Assembly: GCF_006345805.1 (NCBI RefSeq)
Contig: NC_043000.1
Location: forward strand, 3,038,001 to 3,102,000
DNA: 64,000 bases
Direction: 5' to 3'
DNA from: Octopus sinensis
Taxonomy: Eukaryota
Part shown: positions 48,973 to 63,234 of the stretch, one piece after another
Position numbering within the stretch: the stretch's first letter is position 1
How the letters are laid out: each line of letters begins with the position of its first letter
Notes under the pieces: generated by a model
The model's database searches: none
What the model was told of the DNA's origin: nothing
What the model saw: the letters and a program-made list of their open reading frames with translations, nothing else
Position numbers and translations under genes: made by a program

Positions 48973-49461
48973 CTTCTCACTAGAGAAACCTCATTTTTCA
49001 AGATGGCAACCAAGACCCACCAGATTTGTTGAGGAAGCTGGGAGATGACAAGAAAAACATTGCTGGAGGATGCAGGAGATTTTTGATTCACCTATGAACA
49101 AATAGGTAGTTTTGAAGGAGCTCATATGAGAAAGGTAATCAGAGCAGAAGGTGGGTGGGAGTTACTGGGGGCCCTAACCCTACAGCTAGATGGAAATTTC
49201 TTACTCTTTTATGAATAGGTTGCTCTTATTTGTATCATGTACTGAATCTTTAATCTACTTTAATATATTGTATTAGGTTTTTGCCCCTACCCCAGTGTGT
49301 GTGAATACATGCGTGTGTGTGTGTGTGCGTTCACATATGTATGTGTGTGTATATATTCTTTGTTTTGTAACCTCATTTGTAGGATACATTTTGTATATGA
49401 AAGTATGTGCTCTTGTGACCAATGAAAAAAATTATCATCATCATCATCATCATCATTATCA

Positions 49462-49511
<50 letters not shown>

Positions 49512-50261
49512 GTTTTTATTATTATTATTATTATTGTTTTTATTATTATTATTGTTTTTATTATTATTATTATTACATAAAGTAAAAGCAAAACGAAATA
49601 GCAAAACCAAAGAACTCTATTGGTAAATTCCATTGTGTCTATTCGTATTTTTTTAATAGAAGAGTGACAAGTTTTCTAATGGAGAGCAATCGACCTGTGA
49701 TTGGATGGAAATGACTGGAAACAAACTGGCTTTTGTTTGTTTTTGATATTTTTTTCTGTCGTTGTTAGATTAGATTTCAGTCTAAAATACAGTCAAAATG
49801 GACAACAAGCAAAAGAAACAAATAAGCTAAGCTCCGTTGTTGATTAGACGTATGAAGGAAAGTGAGTTAGAAATATTTCTAGTCATGACTGGTTTTGTTA
49901 ACGTCATTAGTAAGATATAGACGATGGTCCAATGTAATCATTTAAACAGATAAAATATAGTTTGCACATGCATATGCACACACACACACACACAACACAC
50001 ACACACACACACACACATGCACACAAACACACACATATATATACATATATATATATACTATATATATATACATATATATGCATATGTATATACATATATA
50101 TATATATATGTGTGTGTGTTTGTGTGCATGTGTATATATATATATACATATGTATATACACACATATATATATATATATATATATCATCATCATCATCAT
50201 CATCATGGAAAGCGGACGTTAAATGATGATGATGATGATGATATATATATATATATATATA

Positions 50262-50303
<42 letters not shown>

Positions 50304-50961
50304 CATATGTATATATATATACATACACATACACACACATATATATATCTAATATACTTACATATATACATATATATAAATACACATATGCATATAGATA
50401 TACATATACATTCATATACACACAAATGTATATATGTATGTATACATACATAGACACACTTGAATATATACTTACAGATACATATATGCATGCATACATA
50501 TATTCATACACACATCATTGACTGCTGAAGATGGCAGAATTATGACAGACAATGAATGAATCTCAAACAAGCTGACTGAACACTTTAACAACACACTGAA
50601 GAGACTACCAGTTGTATCTGAATACTGCTATGTTGATCTTCCCATGTTTTCCAAGCAGCCTTGAATGTCAGCATTGCCAACCCTCAAGGAACTGGACATT
50701 ACCACCCACCAGATACATGACAACAAAGCCCTTGGTCCTGATTCCATTTCTACTAAGCAGTACAAGGAGGATTTTTAAAAGCCCATCTCCCATCAACTGA
50801 TTCTCTGAATATGTGAATAAAATTTCTCCTTATTGTTAACATTTAGCACACTGTAGCTGCATCATGTCACCATATGAGTTTTCTCCCCTGTAGTAACAGA
50901 ATAGTGGCAGGGGAAACAATTCTAGAGAAAATGTAGTGTGCTAAAGGTTAATATTGTGACC

Positions 50962-51347
50962 GTGGAGGCGCAATGGCCCAGTGGTTAGGGCAGCGGACTC
51001 GCGGTTGGAGGATCGCGGTTTCGATTCCCAGACCGGGCATTGTGAGTGTTTATTGAGCGAAAACACCTAAAGCTCCATGAGGCACCGGCAGGGGGTGGTG
51101 GTGAACTCTGCTGTACTCTTTCACCACAACTTTTTCTCACTCTTACTTCCTGTTTCTGTTGTACCTGTATTTCAAAGGGCCAGCCTTGTCACATTCTGTG
51201 TGTCACGCTGAATCTCCCCGAGAACTACGTTAAGGGTACACGTGTCTGTGGAGTGCTCAGTCACTTGCACCGTTAATATCATGAGCAAGCTGTTCCGTTG
51301 ATCGTATCAGCTGGGACCCTCATCGTCGCAACCGACGGAGTGCTCCT
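50962..51347 (+). mobile_element. SINE family C
   Basis: Full-length copy. Confidence 0.9.
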
Positions 51348-52346
51348 AATATTGTGACCATCTTCAAACAAGGCAGCTTAGGTATGTGTAAACTACAGAG
51401 GTTCCCCTCTATTATTATCAGCTAGTAAAGTCTCATTTTGAACGCAGCTGAATCAGTTAACTCACTGAACAAATTTTATGGAAATCCTAAAGTGATTTCC
51501 ATCCTTATTTTGGTACAAAAGACATAATTTTTGTTGACGATTTCGAAAAATATCTATTGAAAAATATAAACTAATTTTTTTTCATCCTTTATGATTTAGT
51601 TGATGTTTTTGACACACAGCCAAGACTTAACTTATGGACAGTACTTAAGACATTTGAGTTTTTAGACCATTTCACCCAAATGGTTCACTCATAATAAATC
51701 ATAAGAAAACAAACTTTCACCTGAATTTAACATAAAAAATTATGCAAACCCATTTGTTACCATATTTCTGTGATAACACACTGACTTTGTATCAGTTAAT
51801 TTTGAAAATAATGAAATAGCTTTGTCCTTTTTAAGATGGTGTTTGAAACATAACATGAAATTTTAATGGAATGTTTTTAGACCACTTTAAACAGGGAGTT
51901 TCTATCCTAGACAGGGCTGGTTTTAAGCCAATTAGACAGATTTGTTCAAATTGGGTCCCACGCCAAGATGGGAGCCAATGGCGGCATGCTCAAGTGGAGG
52001 ATGCTATGATGAATTTTTAGTATATCATTGTGGCTAACAGTGGCGTCTCAAACCCGAACGCTTTTGGGGTGGGACTATTGAACTGCGCAGAGCATAAAGC
52101 ATGAATCTTCAGCTTTTCTTGAGTAGAGGACCCCACTGACAGTTCTCTAACTGGGTCACGCACTTCTTACCATTGGCTCTGATCCTAGACCCTGGTACAG
52201 TCATTGGTGGTTTGATATCAAAAGGGTAACAAGGATATGTACTGACACCAACTCTGTTTTCAATGTGTCTATGTATACATACGTATGTGTGTGTATACAT
52301 GTATATATATATATATGTATATATATGTATATATATATACATATAC

Positions 52347-52445
<99 letters not shown>

Positions 52446-52571
52446 TTATATATATGTACAGATACATATATATCTATGCATTTTTTTCCTTCGATGCTGC
52501 AATTATTTTTGTTTCAGCACACAATCTCAGATCAAGTCACTTGCTATGCAAGTACATCTCCATAATATATA

Positions 52572-52638
<67 letters not shown>

Positions 52639-54213
52639 CATATACATATATATATATATATATATATTGAGATTGTGTGCTGAAAATGGCGGTGCCCCAG
52701 CATGGCCACAGCTCATTAGCTGAAACTGGAAAAATCAAAAATCATATATATATGCATACAAACAAATATATATATGTGTGTGTGTGTATATATATATATA
52801 CATATACACACACACATACCTATGATATATATATGTATGTGGGTGTGTTTGTATTGTTGGTTTGGTCTGTGCTCATGGCCTTCACAAGCCCTCAAACGCC
52901 AGGGAAATAACTGTATGAAAAACCTGGACATGGAGAAAATTGTAGAGCAATGCAGTTCTAGGGAAATAAAGACTATGTGTAGGGGTTATTGCAGTGCCTG
53001 GTGTGGAGGGAAACTACAGATGACATGGAAAAGAGATGAGTTAGTTGGGGAGTTCCTAATGAAAATGACACAAAACCATTAACCCCCAACAAGCAGTGGT
53101 CAGTGTAGTAGTTTGAGAAATGACAGAGAATGTGAAAGGAATCAGGGCATCTTAGGGCAGAGGTGAGATTGTGTTGGTGGGTAGTCTAGGGCTACTCAGT
53201 GGTGGGTGGGCCTTTTTCTTGACCTTTGCTTATGTAATTACTTCATGTATGGGAAAGGATAATGAAAAGGTTTGTTATGCTGTGATTTGGTTAGAAGTCA
53301 TATTGATTGCTTGATGTGAGGTCGTTTGTGAGAAGATAACCTTGCACTTGCTTACGAACTGCTGAATGTGCAGTCTTACTGGCATCTCTGGTGTCCCCCT
53401 TGTCTATTTGTATTGCAAAAGAGCTATCTTCAATACTGAATACAGAGTTGTTGGTTTTTGTTGTGTGGATTTTTACAGTATGTGGGTGGTTACTATAGGA
53501 TGTGCATTCAAAGTATTGTGTGAAGGTGATTGTTAAATGAACGTAGAATCTGAATGCTGAGATCTGTCTTCATGTTCTTGAGGTACATCAATAAAAAAAA
53601 ATCAATAAATATTATTTTCCTTACGGCTATAGTTATTCTTCTTTCCTAGAGAGACTTCTATATGATAATTTTTCTTGCCGGAAAATTGAAAATAATATTA
53701 GTCATGACAAACATTGTCTTTTTCCTTTAATCACTAATTATTTCTAGTTAGTTTTTTTAATGCTTCCTCTATTAAATATGTTAACATTAACTTAAGTAAT
53801 GCTTGTTTTTTTATGTGAACAATGTCTTTGAATTATTTATTCTCTAAACAATTTGTTTTGTCTGCAACAGCCTTTGTGCTCTTTTGTACTTTTAAAGACT
53901 ATTTTCATCACTATTTTAGCATGTTCAATGAAGTGTATGCTTCACTAATGAGGTCAGAATAAGACTCAAACATGCTTATATTTTTCCTCTGTAGTTGTTA
54001 GTAAAAGATTAAAATATTGATTGAAATGGCATTATTTTCACTAAATAATCTACATTATATACCATGTATCATTTATTCTTAAGGAAGCCTATCATATGTA
54101 TGTAGGTACATGTGTGTGTGTATCCGCACACATATATGTATATATATATATATTTATATATGAGTATATATGTATATATATATGAGTGTATATATATATA
54201 TGTATATATATGA

Positions 54214-54269
<56 letters not shown>

Positions 54270-54300
54270 ATATGTAGGTATGTATATATACATACATATA

Positions 54301-55131
54301 CAGGGTGCACTGAATATATTGTCATCAAAATTGTGCTAAAATGAAAATTACACTGGCATCTCATTTTTACAGAGATATTTACCAAAATTACATAAAAATA
54401 TCTTGAAATACAACAGAGAACATCGGAATCCATCTGGATAGTCTCCTTGTTTAAGTTGGTGAATGCTGCCATAATCCTTGCCTTCAGTTTATCTTTGGTG
54501 TTACAAGGAGGTTTATTGGTCTCTTGCTTAGGGGCACCCCACACATAATAATCAAGGGGATTGCAGTCTGGGGAGTTAGGTGGCCAGATGTCAGGAGTGA
54601 TGTGGTCAAAGAAATTGTCTGACAGCCATGACTGGGTCCTCTTGCTTGTGTGGCATGGTGCAGAGTCCTGTTGCCAGACACAGGGTTTTCCAGCAGACAC
54701 CTTCTTGACCCAGGGCAGCACTACCTTCTCCAGGCACTTGATGTAGGCCTCTGTGTTGAGTCTGAGGCTGTGTGGGAAGATGAATGGGGGCATAACGTCA
54801 CCATCACTAGTGATCACTCCAAACCCCAAGATATTAACTGGATGTTTGATTTTTATCACACTCTGTACATGACCTCAGATTGCACTGTCCTCAGATCGAC
54901 ACCCAAACACACTGAAGTGTTTGTATTTGGAGCTTTGGGTGCAAATGCCAAGCAGTACAGGATGTTGTTTCCAAATTTCTGGTTGAGTGAATTGTTTCAT
55001 GGTGCTGTTTTCCTCCCAGACAGTGCCCAACTGACCCTACTACACTATGTAGTCAACAAAATCAAAACCAAACAATGTGCGTGCAAGAAATTAAAAGTAT
55101 AAAATGGTGACAGTTTACCCATCGCACCCTC
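54301..55131 (-). mobile_element. Internally deleted Tc1/mariner DD37D (maT-type) DNA transposon
   Basis: ORF 54092-54859 has FGVITSDG..WQQDSAPCH..WPPNSPDCNPLDYYVWG with 37 residues between the QQD Asp and the NPLD Asp. An N-terminal remnant MKQFTQPEIWK lies upstream. Ends are CAGGGTGC / GCACCCTC, flanked by TA. Confidence 0.9.
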
Positions 55132-55584
55132 TATATGTATATATATGAACATATATATAATACATATGTATCATCATCACCTATATATATACATATATAT
55201 ATGTATACATATATCTATTATATCAGTTTCTTTTGCTGAACTGCTAATTTATGGAGTCATAAACAATCCAGCACTAGTTGTCAGGTGGTGGTGGTGGTGG
55301 AGAACAAACACACACACACGCAAACTCACACAGACACACAGAGGCTGCCACACAGTTTCCATCTACTAAATTCATTAACAAGGCATTGATCGGTTCAGGG
55401 CTATAGTGGAAGTGCCACTCAGTGGGACTGAACCCCAAACCACATGATTGTAAAACAAGCTTCTTAACCACACCACCATATCAGATGTGTGTATGCATGT
55501 GTGTGTTTATATATATATATATATATATATGTATGTGCATGTGTGTGTGTGTGTGTGTGTGTGAACATATGTATGTATGCATGT

Positions 55585-55992
55585 ATACTCTTTTTCTCTT
55601 TTTTACTTGTTTCAGTCATTTGACTGCGGCCATACTGGAGCACCGCCTTTAATTGAGCAACTCGACCCCAGGACTTATTTTTTTCTAAGCCCAGTACTTA
55701 TTCTATCGGTCTCTTTTTGCCGAACCGCTAAGTAACAGGGACATAAACACACCAGCATCGGTTGTCAAGCAATGGTGGGGGGGACAAACACAGACACACA
55801 AACACACACACACATATATATATATACATATATACGACGGGCTTCTTTCAGTTTCTGTCTACCAAATCCACTTACAAGGCTTTGGTCGGCCCGAGGCTAT
55901 AGCAGAAGACACTTGCCCAAGGTGCCATGCAGTGGGACTGAACCCGGAACCATGTGGTTGGTAAACAAGCTACTTACCACACAGCCACTCCA
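55585..55992 (-). mobile_element. SINE family A
   Basis: Full-length copy. Confidence 0.9.
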
Positions 55993-56454
55993 TTTATATG
56001 TATGCATATAAATTATACATAAGCATGTATTGATTTCCATTACTAGCCAATGGAAATATATGCTGAAAACTCCATAATCTTAGTAAAAGAGGGAGCCCAT
56101 GTCACATGATCATAATTCATGGCAACTGATGACAGATTTCTTCTCTCTATTTGATTGTAGGGAAGGAATTTTGTGTAACAAGTTTAGGTTTGCTGATAAT
56201 TTATGTAAGTTCTGACATAGCCAGAAGCTTCCTGAAGATGGGAAAGATAACAAATTTAATGCTGAATATTGAACTCAGAATAAACAATGGCAATTACTGA
56301 TTCAACACATAGTGTTACCATGATTTCACTTGGTTTTGTGTTAGCAACTTTATGATGATGAAATAGCTATTTTATTGGGAATTTCGACATAATATTATTT
56401 CTGTGAATTGCGAGAGACAAAGTTGACTGAAAAAGAAAATGATATGAAAGCTCT

Positions 56455-56866
56455 TTTTACTCTTTTACTAGTTTCAGTCATTTGACTGTGGCCATGCTGG
56501 AGCACAGCCTTTAGTCGAGCAACTCGACCCCGGGACTTATTCTTTTGTAAGCCCAGTACTTATTCTAGCGGTCTCTTTTGCTGAACCGCTAAGTAACGGG
56601 GACATAAACACACCAGCATCGGTTGTCAAGCAATGCTAGGGGGACAAACACAGACACACAAACATACACAGACACACACACACATACACATACATACATA
56701 TATATGACAGGCTTCTTTCAATTTCCGTCTACCAAATCCACTCACAAGGCATTGGTCGGCCCGGGGCTATAGCAGAAGACACTTGCCCAAGATACCACAC
56801 AGTGGGACTGAACCCGGAACCATGTGGTTGGTAGACAAGCTACTTACCACACAGCCACTCTTGCGC
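56455..56866 (-). mobile_element. SINE family A
   Basis: Full-length copy. Confidence 0.9.
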
Positions 56867-57119
56867 TGTCTGTAGTTTTGCAACTTCATTCATTGTGCTG
56901 TTCTATTTTTAAAAATTCTTTTGCTGGTTGCAGTCATTTCACTGTGGCCATACTGGAGTAAAAAAAAATGAGTGAGAAGATGAAAAATATGGTTATGTTG
57001 TTACAAAGCTCACTTAGGTTCAATTCCACTGCTCAGACACTTGGGCAACTGTCTTCTATTTTAGCTACAGGTTGACCAACGCATTGTAACTGAATTTGGT
57101 ATGTGGAAACTGTCCATCA

Positions 57120-57125
57120 TGAGTA

Positions 57126-57160
<35 letters not shown>

Positions 57161-57220
57161 ATCTATCTATCTATTTATCTATCTATCTACCTATCCATCC
57201 ATCCATCCATCCATCCATCC

Positions 57221-57292
<72 letters not shown>

Positions 57293-57389
57293 TTCTGTCT
57301 TTCTGTCTGTCTATCTACCTATCCATCCATCTATCCATCTGTTTATCTATCCATCTATCTATCTGTCTATCTATCTATCTATCTATCTA

Positions 57390-57441
<52 letters not shown>

Positions 57442-57565
57442 CCTATCCATCCATCTATCCATCTGTTTATCTATCCATCTATCTATCTGTCTGTCTGTCT
57501 GTCTATCCATCCATTCATCCATCCATCTATCTATTTATCTGTCTGTCTATCTGTCTGTCTGTCTG
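57120..57565. repeat. (TCTA/TCTG/TCCA)n compound tetranucleotide tract
   Basis: Directly visible; source of the three overlapping ORFs. Confidence 0.95.
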
Positions 57566-57748
57566 AAGATGTGGTACAAGGGGAGTTAGAAGTGATGACT
57601 TATTAATACGAGTTAGTAAAGCTATGTTGCCTTCCTAATTCTTGCCTCTCACTTGTAGGAGTCAGAGGTGGCTGCAAAGAGACTGAGTCAACAACAGGTG
57701 GGTGGGGGGGATCAGTAATATCATCAACAGGTACATGCATAACATAAG

Positions 57749-58195
57749 GTGGTGAGCTGGCAGAAACGTTAGCATGCCGGGCGAAATGCTTAGCAGTATT
57801 TCGTCTGCCGCTACGTTCTGAGTTCAAATTTTGCCGAGGTCGACTTTGCCGAGGTCGACTTTGCCGAGGTCGACTTTGCCTTTCATCCTTTTGGGTTCGA
57901 TAAATTTAGTACCAGTTATGCACTGGGGTCGATGTAATCGACTTAATCCGTTTGTCTGTCCTTGTTTGTTCCCCCTGTGTTTAGCCCCTTGTAGGTAGTA
58001 AAGAAATAGGTATTTCGTCTGCCATTATGTTCTGAGTTCAAATTCCACCGAGGACGACTTTGCCTTTCATTCATTCGGGGTCGATTAAATAAATACCAGT
58101 TATGCACTGGGGTCGATGTAATCGACTTAATCCGTTTGTCTGTCCTTGTTTGTCCCCTCTGTGTTTAGTCCCTTGTGGGTAGTAAAGAAATAGGT
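57749..58195 (+). mobile_element. SINE family B partial tandem dimer with a 15-bp triplication
   Basis: gccgaggtcgacttt x3 near 57833-57878; tail-to-body junction near 57998-58020. Confidence 0.9.
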
Positions 58196-58246
58196 ACATG
58201 CATAACAATTGCTGCAGAGTGGTGATGAATTGTCATGAAGAATGAA

Positions 58247-58915
58247 TCATCATCATCATCATCATCATCGTTTAACGTCCGTTCTCCATGCTAGCATGGG
58301 TTGGATGGTTCGACCGGGGATCTTGGAAGCCAGAAGGCTGCACCAGGCTCCGGTCTTATCTGGCAACGTTTCTACAGCTGGATGCCCTTCCTAACGCCAA
58401 CCACTCCGTGAGTGTAGTGGGTGCTTTTTACGTGCCACCTGCACTGGTGCCAGGCGAGGCTGGCAACGGTCATGGTCGGATTGGTGCATTTTACGTGCCA
58501 CCTGCACGGAAGCCAGTCGAGGTGACACTGGCTTCGGCCATGATTCGGATGGTGCTTTTTACGTGCCACTGACACGGAAGCCAGTCGAGGCGGCGCTGGC
58601 ATCGGCCACGATTCGGATAGTGCTTTTTATGTATCTCCAGTCCAGGGGTCCTGGCATCTGCCGGGTGCCAGTCATAGGATTGGGTAAATTTCAATTCCGA
58701 TTTCACTTGCCCCAACAGGTCTTCGCAAGCAAAGGGGTGTTGGCATAGGTGCCTGTCCTCGGATGAGGTTCGATATCGACTTCGCTTGCCTCAACAGGTC
58801 TTTGTGTGTCCAAGGGAGGAAAGGCATGCATAAGTGGGCTGGACTCACTTGTCCTGCCTGGTCTTTTCACGCACAGCATAATTCCAAAGGTCTCGGTCGC
58901 TGGTCATTTCCTCAG
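58247..58915 (-). mobile_element. Longest element F copy, reaching the RTE ORF C-terminus
   Basis: The - strand from about 58916 reads TEEMTSDRDLWNYAVREKTRQDK*, then the UTR, internal units, body and (GAT)n. Confidence 0.8.
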
Positions 58916-59519
58916 TTTATCATGTTTATTTTGTTTATCATGCTGATATTGCCATTTCTCTTAAGCTTCTAACATGTTGATAATATTGCTGGACATCAGT
59001 TCCTCTTGACAAGTCAATTTACAAAATGACATTATCAAGGGATTCTTATGCAATATAGATTTCTTGGACAATAGACCATTGTCTTCGTCTTCGTCATCTT
59101 TGTTATCCCTGCTATTACCAATGATAACTACATTCAATGCTTCTTATGTTAACACTTGGTTGTCCAAGATCACCTTCTGTGTTTTCTAACCAGGAGCAAT
59201 GTCATCTTCTGTGTTGTCTGTTCCACTGCCTCTCTGAAGTCTATGATGAAAATCCCTTATCTTGGAATCTCTGCAAATCATATTTTAGCACAACATCACA
59301 CAGAAGTATCTTCCAAGTACTAAGTGCAGGCATAGCTGTCTGCAAAAGAAATTTACTTTCCATCTATGTGACTTTTGGTTCAGTTTTACTATGTGGCATT
59401 TTGGACAAGCACCTTGTACTATAGTTCTGGGCTGACCAAAGCTTTGTGAGTGGATTAAGCTGACTGAAACTTGAGACTAAACCAAATTAAATTGCCACCT
59501 ATTCCTGACAAATAGACAG

Positions 59520-59750
59520 ATATTCTTATTTCTTTATTGCCCACATGGGGCTAAACACAGAGGGGACAAACAAGGACATACAAAGGGATTAAGTCGATTA
59601 CATCGACCCCAGTGCGTAACTGGTACTTAATTTATCGACCCTGAAAGAATGAAAGGCAAAGTCGACCTCGGTGGAATTTGAACTCAGAACGTAACGGCAG
59701 ACAAAATACCGCTCAGCATTTCACCCGGTGTGCTAACGATTCTGCCAGAT
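59520..59750 (-). mobile_element. SINE family B
   Basis: Full copy. Confidence 0.9.
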
Positions 59751-60605
59751 ATTCTGTGATCATATAACATTTATCTGGTATATATTCTTGACATGCTGGT
59801 GTGGTGGTTGATGGACTGTGATCTGATGCTGGACCAGACTGATATGGTATCTATTCCTGATAACTAGGTAAGTTGATTGGTGGACTGTGGTTTTTGGTCG
59901 GTACCTATTCCTCAGAACAACTTTGTGAGTTGAGGCAATATAGAATGAAAGTATTCTGTCTCAAATCATTCAGCCTTGTAGACGTCTCATGAGACTCTAA
60001 AGTTGAAAACAGATGTAACTCTTCACCTTTTGGAGGCAGGAATCCATTATGGTCAGTTGATCATCAAAAACTAAATAGTCCAGGGTCAGTGAGAACAGGT
60101 TATCTTCCTTAAGCTAGTTTTTTGTGGGCCAAGAGAGGGAGGAAGCAGCATGTTTCTTTTATTTTCTGTTTACCAAATGTACTCACAAGGCTTTGGTCAG
60201 CGCAAATCTATAGCAGAAAACTCTTCCCCAAAATGCCTTGTTATGGAACTGAACCTGAATCCATATGGCTGGAAACAAACTTCTTAACCACACAACAACA
60301 CCTGCACCTGAAAGGTAAGGGTAAAAACCCTCTTCGGTCATGAATGACCATGGGATTGCACCTAGAAAGTTACCCTCTGAGGCACAAGTCTGGGTAAGGT
60401 TGTTTATGGAAGGCGAACAGTTGCTGATGCATACAAGCCTCCCCTTTTCATGCTACCAATGTTATCCAAGGGAAAGGCAAAGGGGCCGATACAGAGCAAA
60501 AACATAAAGGTCAGTGCTAGTACAGATTCTGTAATGACTAAAGTAATAAGTAATAAGTATTAGCTTGTTGTGAGAAGTTATATGATATATATATACATAT
60601 ATGCC

Positions 60606-60945
60606 GAGACCCCCTTCAGTCATGACTGACCATGGGATTGCACCTAGAAAGTTCCCTTCCCAGGCACAAGTCCAGTCAAGGTTGCTTTTATGGAAGACCA
60701 GCAGTCGCCTATGCATACCGGCCTCCCATCTCGATGCCACCAGTGTTATCCAAGGGAAAGGCAAAGGGGCTGATACAGCTTGGCACTTGTGACATCACAA
60801 CTCATTTCTACAGCTGAGTTAATTGGAGCAACGTGAAATAAAGTGCCTTGCTCAAGAACACAACACGCAGCCCAGTCCAGGATTCGAGCTCACAACCTCA
60901 TGATCATAAGCTTGATGCTCTTACCACTGACCCATGCATCTTCAC
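60606..60945 (-). mobile_element. SINE family E (a partial copy also at 60320-60490)
   Basis: Colinear with family E. Confidence 0.9.
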
Positions 60946-61021
60946 TATATATATATATATACTTGGAAATGGATGCATGGCATTCAGTTAAACAATAAAG
61001 TGTAAATAATATATTGTATAT

Positions 61022-61358
61022 CAGCGCCGCCTCGACTGGCTTCCGTGTCGGTGGCACGTAAAAAGCACCATCCGAATCATAGCCGAAGCCAGTGCCGCCT
61101 TGACTGGCTTCCATAAAATGCACCAATTCGACCGTGGCCGTTGCCAGCCTCGCCTGGCACCTGTGCAGGTGGCACGTAAAAAGCACCCACTACACTCACG
61201 GAGTGGTTGGCGTTAGGAAGGGTATCCAGCTGTAGAAACATTGCCAGATAAGACCGGAGCCTGGGGCAGCCTTCTGGCTTCCCAGATCCCCGGTCGAACC
61301 GTCCAACCCATGCTAGCATGGAGAACGGACGTTAAACGATGATGATGATGATGATGAT
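61022..61358 (+). mobile_element. Element F
   Basis: Units, body and tail. Confidence 0.9.
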
Positions 61359-61383
61359 CCCAAAATATATACATACATATATG

Positions 61384-61660
61384 GATACAGGACATCACCA
61401 ACAGTTCAAATAACCTGAAATATGTGAACAATGAGGAAAACTGGAGAACAGGACAAGTAAACACAGAGAAATGACCCTTCATCAGTTGTTGGCTGTCTAT
61501 CTACTCCTCATTTTGAATGGTCGAGATGAGGAGTAGAGAGGCAGCCAACAACTGTTTACTGGTCCTGTTCTCCAGATTTACTCATTGTTTAAATATTTAA
61601 CTTGTTTGTTTATGTATTTCATATTGTTTGAACCATTGGTGATGTACTGTACCCATATAT
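61384..61660. repeat. Imperfect fold-back element (arms of about 130 bp)
   Basis: cagttgttggctgtctatctactcctcat / atgaggagtagagaggcagccaacaactg at the centre; arms continue outward with a deletion in the right arm. Confidence 0.75.
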
Positions 61661-61770
61661 GCATGTATATATATATACTATATATACTATATATTATTTA
61701 CTATTTATCATATATATATATATGGGTGTGTGTGTGTATGCATATATATATATATGGGTGTGTGTGTGTA

Positions 61771-61809
<39 letters not shown>

Positions 61810-61954
61810 CATGTATGCATATACATGTGTATGTAATATGTTATTTTGTGGATGTGTGTGTGTGTGTGGATGAAATCATACTCATATACATATGTATATA
61901 CTGAAATATATTTATGCACAAATTTGTATATATTTGTATGTGTGTGCATATATA

Positions 61955-62428
61955 TCATCATCATCATCATCATCGTCGTCGTTTAACGTCTGTTCTCCAT
62001 GCTAGCATGGGTTGGACAGTTCGACCGGGGTTCTGGGAAGCCAGAAGGCTGCACCAGGCTCCAGTCTAATCTGGCAATGTTTCTACAGCTGGATGCCCTT
62101 CCTAACGCCAACCACTCTGTGAGTGTAGTGGGTGCTTTTTACGTGCCACCTGCACAGGTGCCAGGCGGGGCTGGCAACGGCCACGGTCAGATTGGTGTAT
62201 TTTATGTGCCACCGGCACGGAAGCCAGTCGAGGCGGTGCTGGCATCGGCCACGAGTCGGATAGTGCTTTTTACGTACCACCAGACCAGGGATCCTGGCTG
62301 GTTCAATTCGATTTCGATTTCGCTTACCCCAACATATCTTCACAAGCAAAGGGGGTTGGCATGGGTGCCTGTCGTACGGTCGCATTGGAGTATTTTACGT
62401 GCCACGGCCACGAGTCGGATAGTGCTTA
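61955..62428 (-). mobile_element. Element F
   Basis: Tail, body, units and part of the upstream UTR. Confidence 0.9.
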
Positions 62429-63234
62429 TATATATATATATATATACTCATATACTCATACATATATATATATATATACACACATACATATACATAGATA
62501 CTTACATACATATATACAGACATGCACACAGACACACACACATACACACATATACATACATGTATACATACATGCATGTATGTGTGTGCATCTGCAGCTG
62601 TACACAGGCCCATTCTGCAACAAACCAAATGCACTTACTAACATGCAGCTACCTGCATTAAACTTATACTGTATCTCTTGTAACACATCATGTTAGGTTT
62701 TCAGTCCTCTTCATTCTGAAATTTCTCCTGGGTCATCGCCATAGCAACTGAAATATCCATTTGTGACCTATTGATTTTTGGCAACAAGCTGTTGATAAAG
62801 CAGCAATAGCACAGCATCAATGGCGCTCAGTGGATGCTGCTAGCATTCTGGCCTCCTTAATTCTCTCTCAGACATCCTATTTCTGCTATGTATTTTGTGT
62901 TTACCACTAGTTTTTACCAAAGATTAAGACTAGGTTAGTAATGCTTATGACCGATATCATAACAACTCACAACGACTACTTCTACTGAGCTCTTTCCACT
63001 GTCAGTAGATATACTAAATTGCTCATCTTTTTACAGATTACCTCTAACTTTACCATGGTTAATAGATGTCACCAACAACAATTACAGATATCACAACATT
63101 CCCCCACTTTTAACGTACCTGCTAATCATTATCATTGCTTTAATGTCCACTTGTTAACAAGCAAAGTTTATTGATGCAGATTTTCTACAGCAAAGCACAG
63201 TAACATTTCCCCTTGGCTAGACATGTTCTTTCTT

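Noticed and set aside
49172-49182. ccctaacccta as a telomerase RNA template or telomeric seed
   Set aside because: Single 11-nt match, with no pseudoknot or H/ACA context that I can identify.
57101-57606. Three overlapping ORFs of about 150-167 aa
   Set aside because: Tetranucleotide microsatellite translations.
62735-62750. RFX X-box-like atcgccatagcaac
   Set aside because: Only a partial match and no evidence of a nearby promoter.
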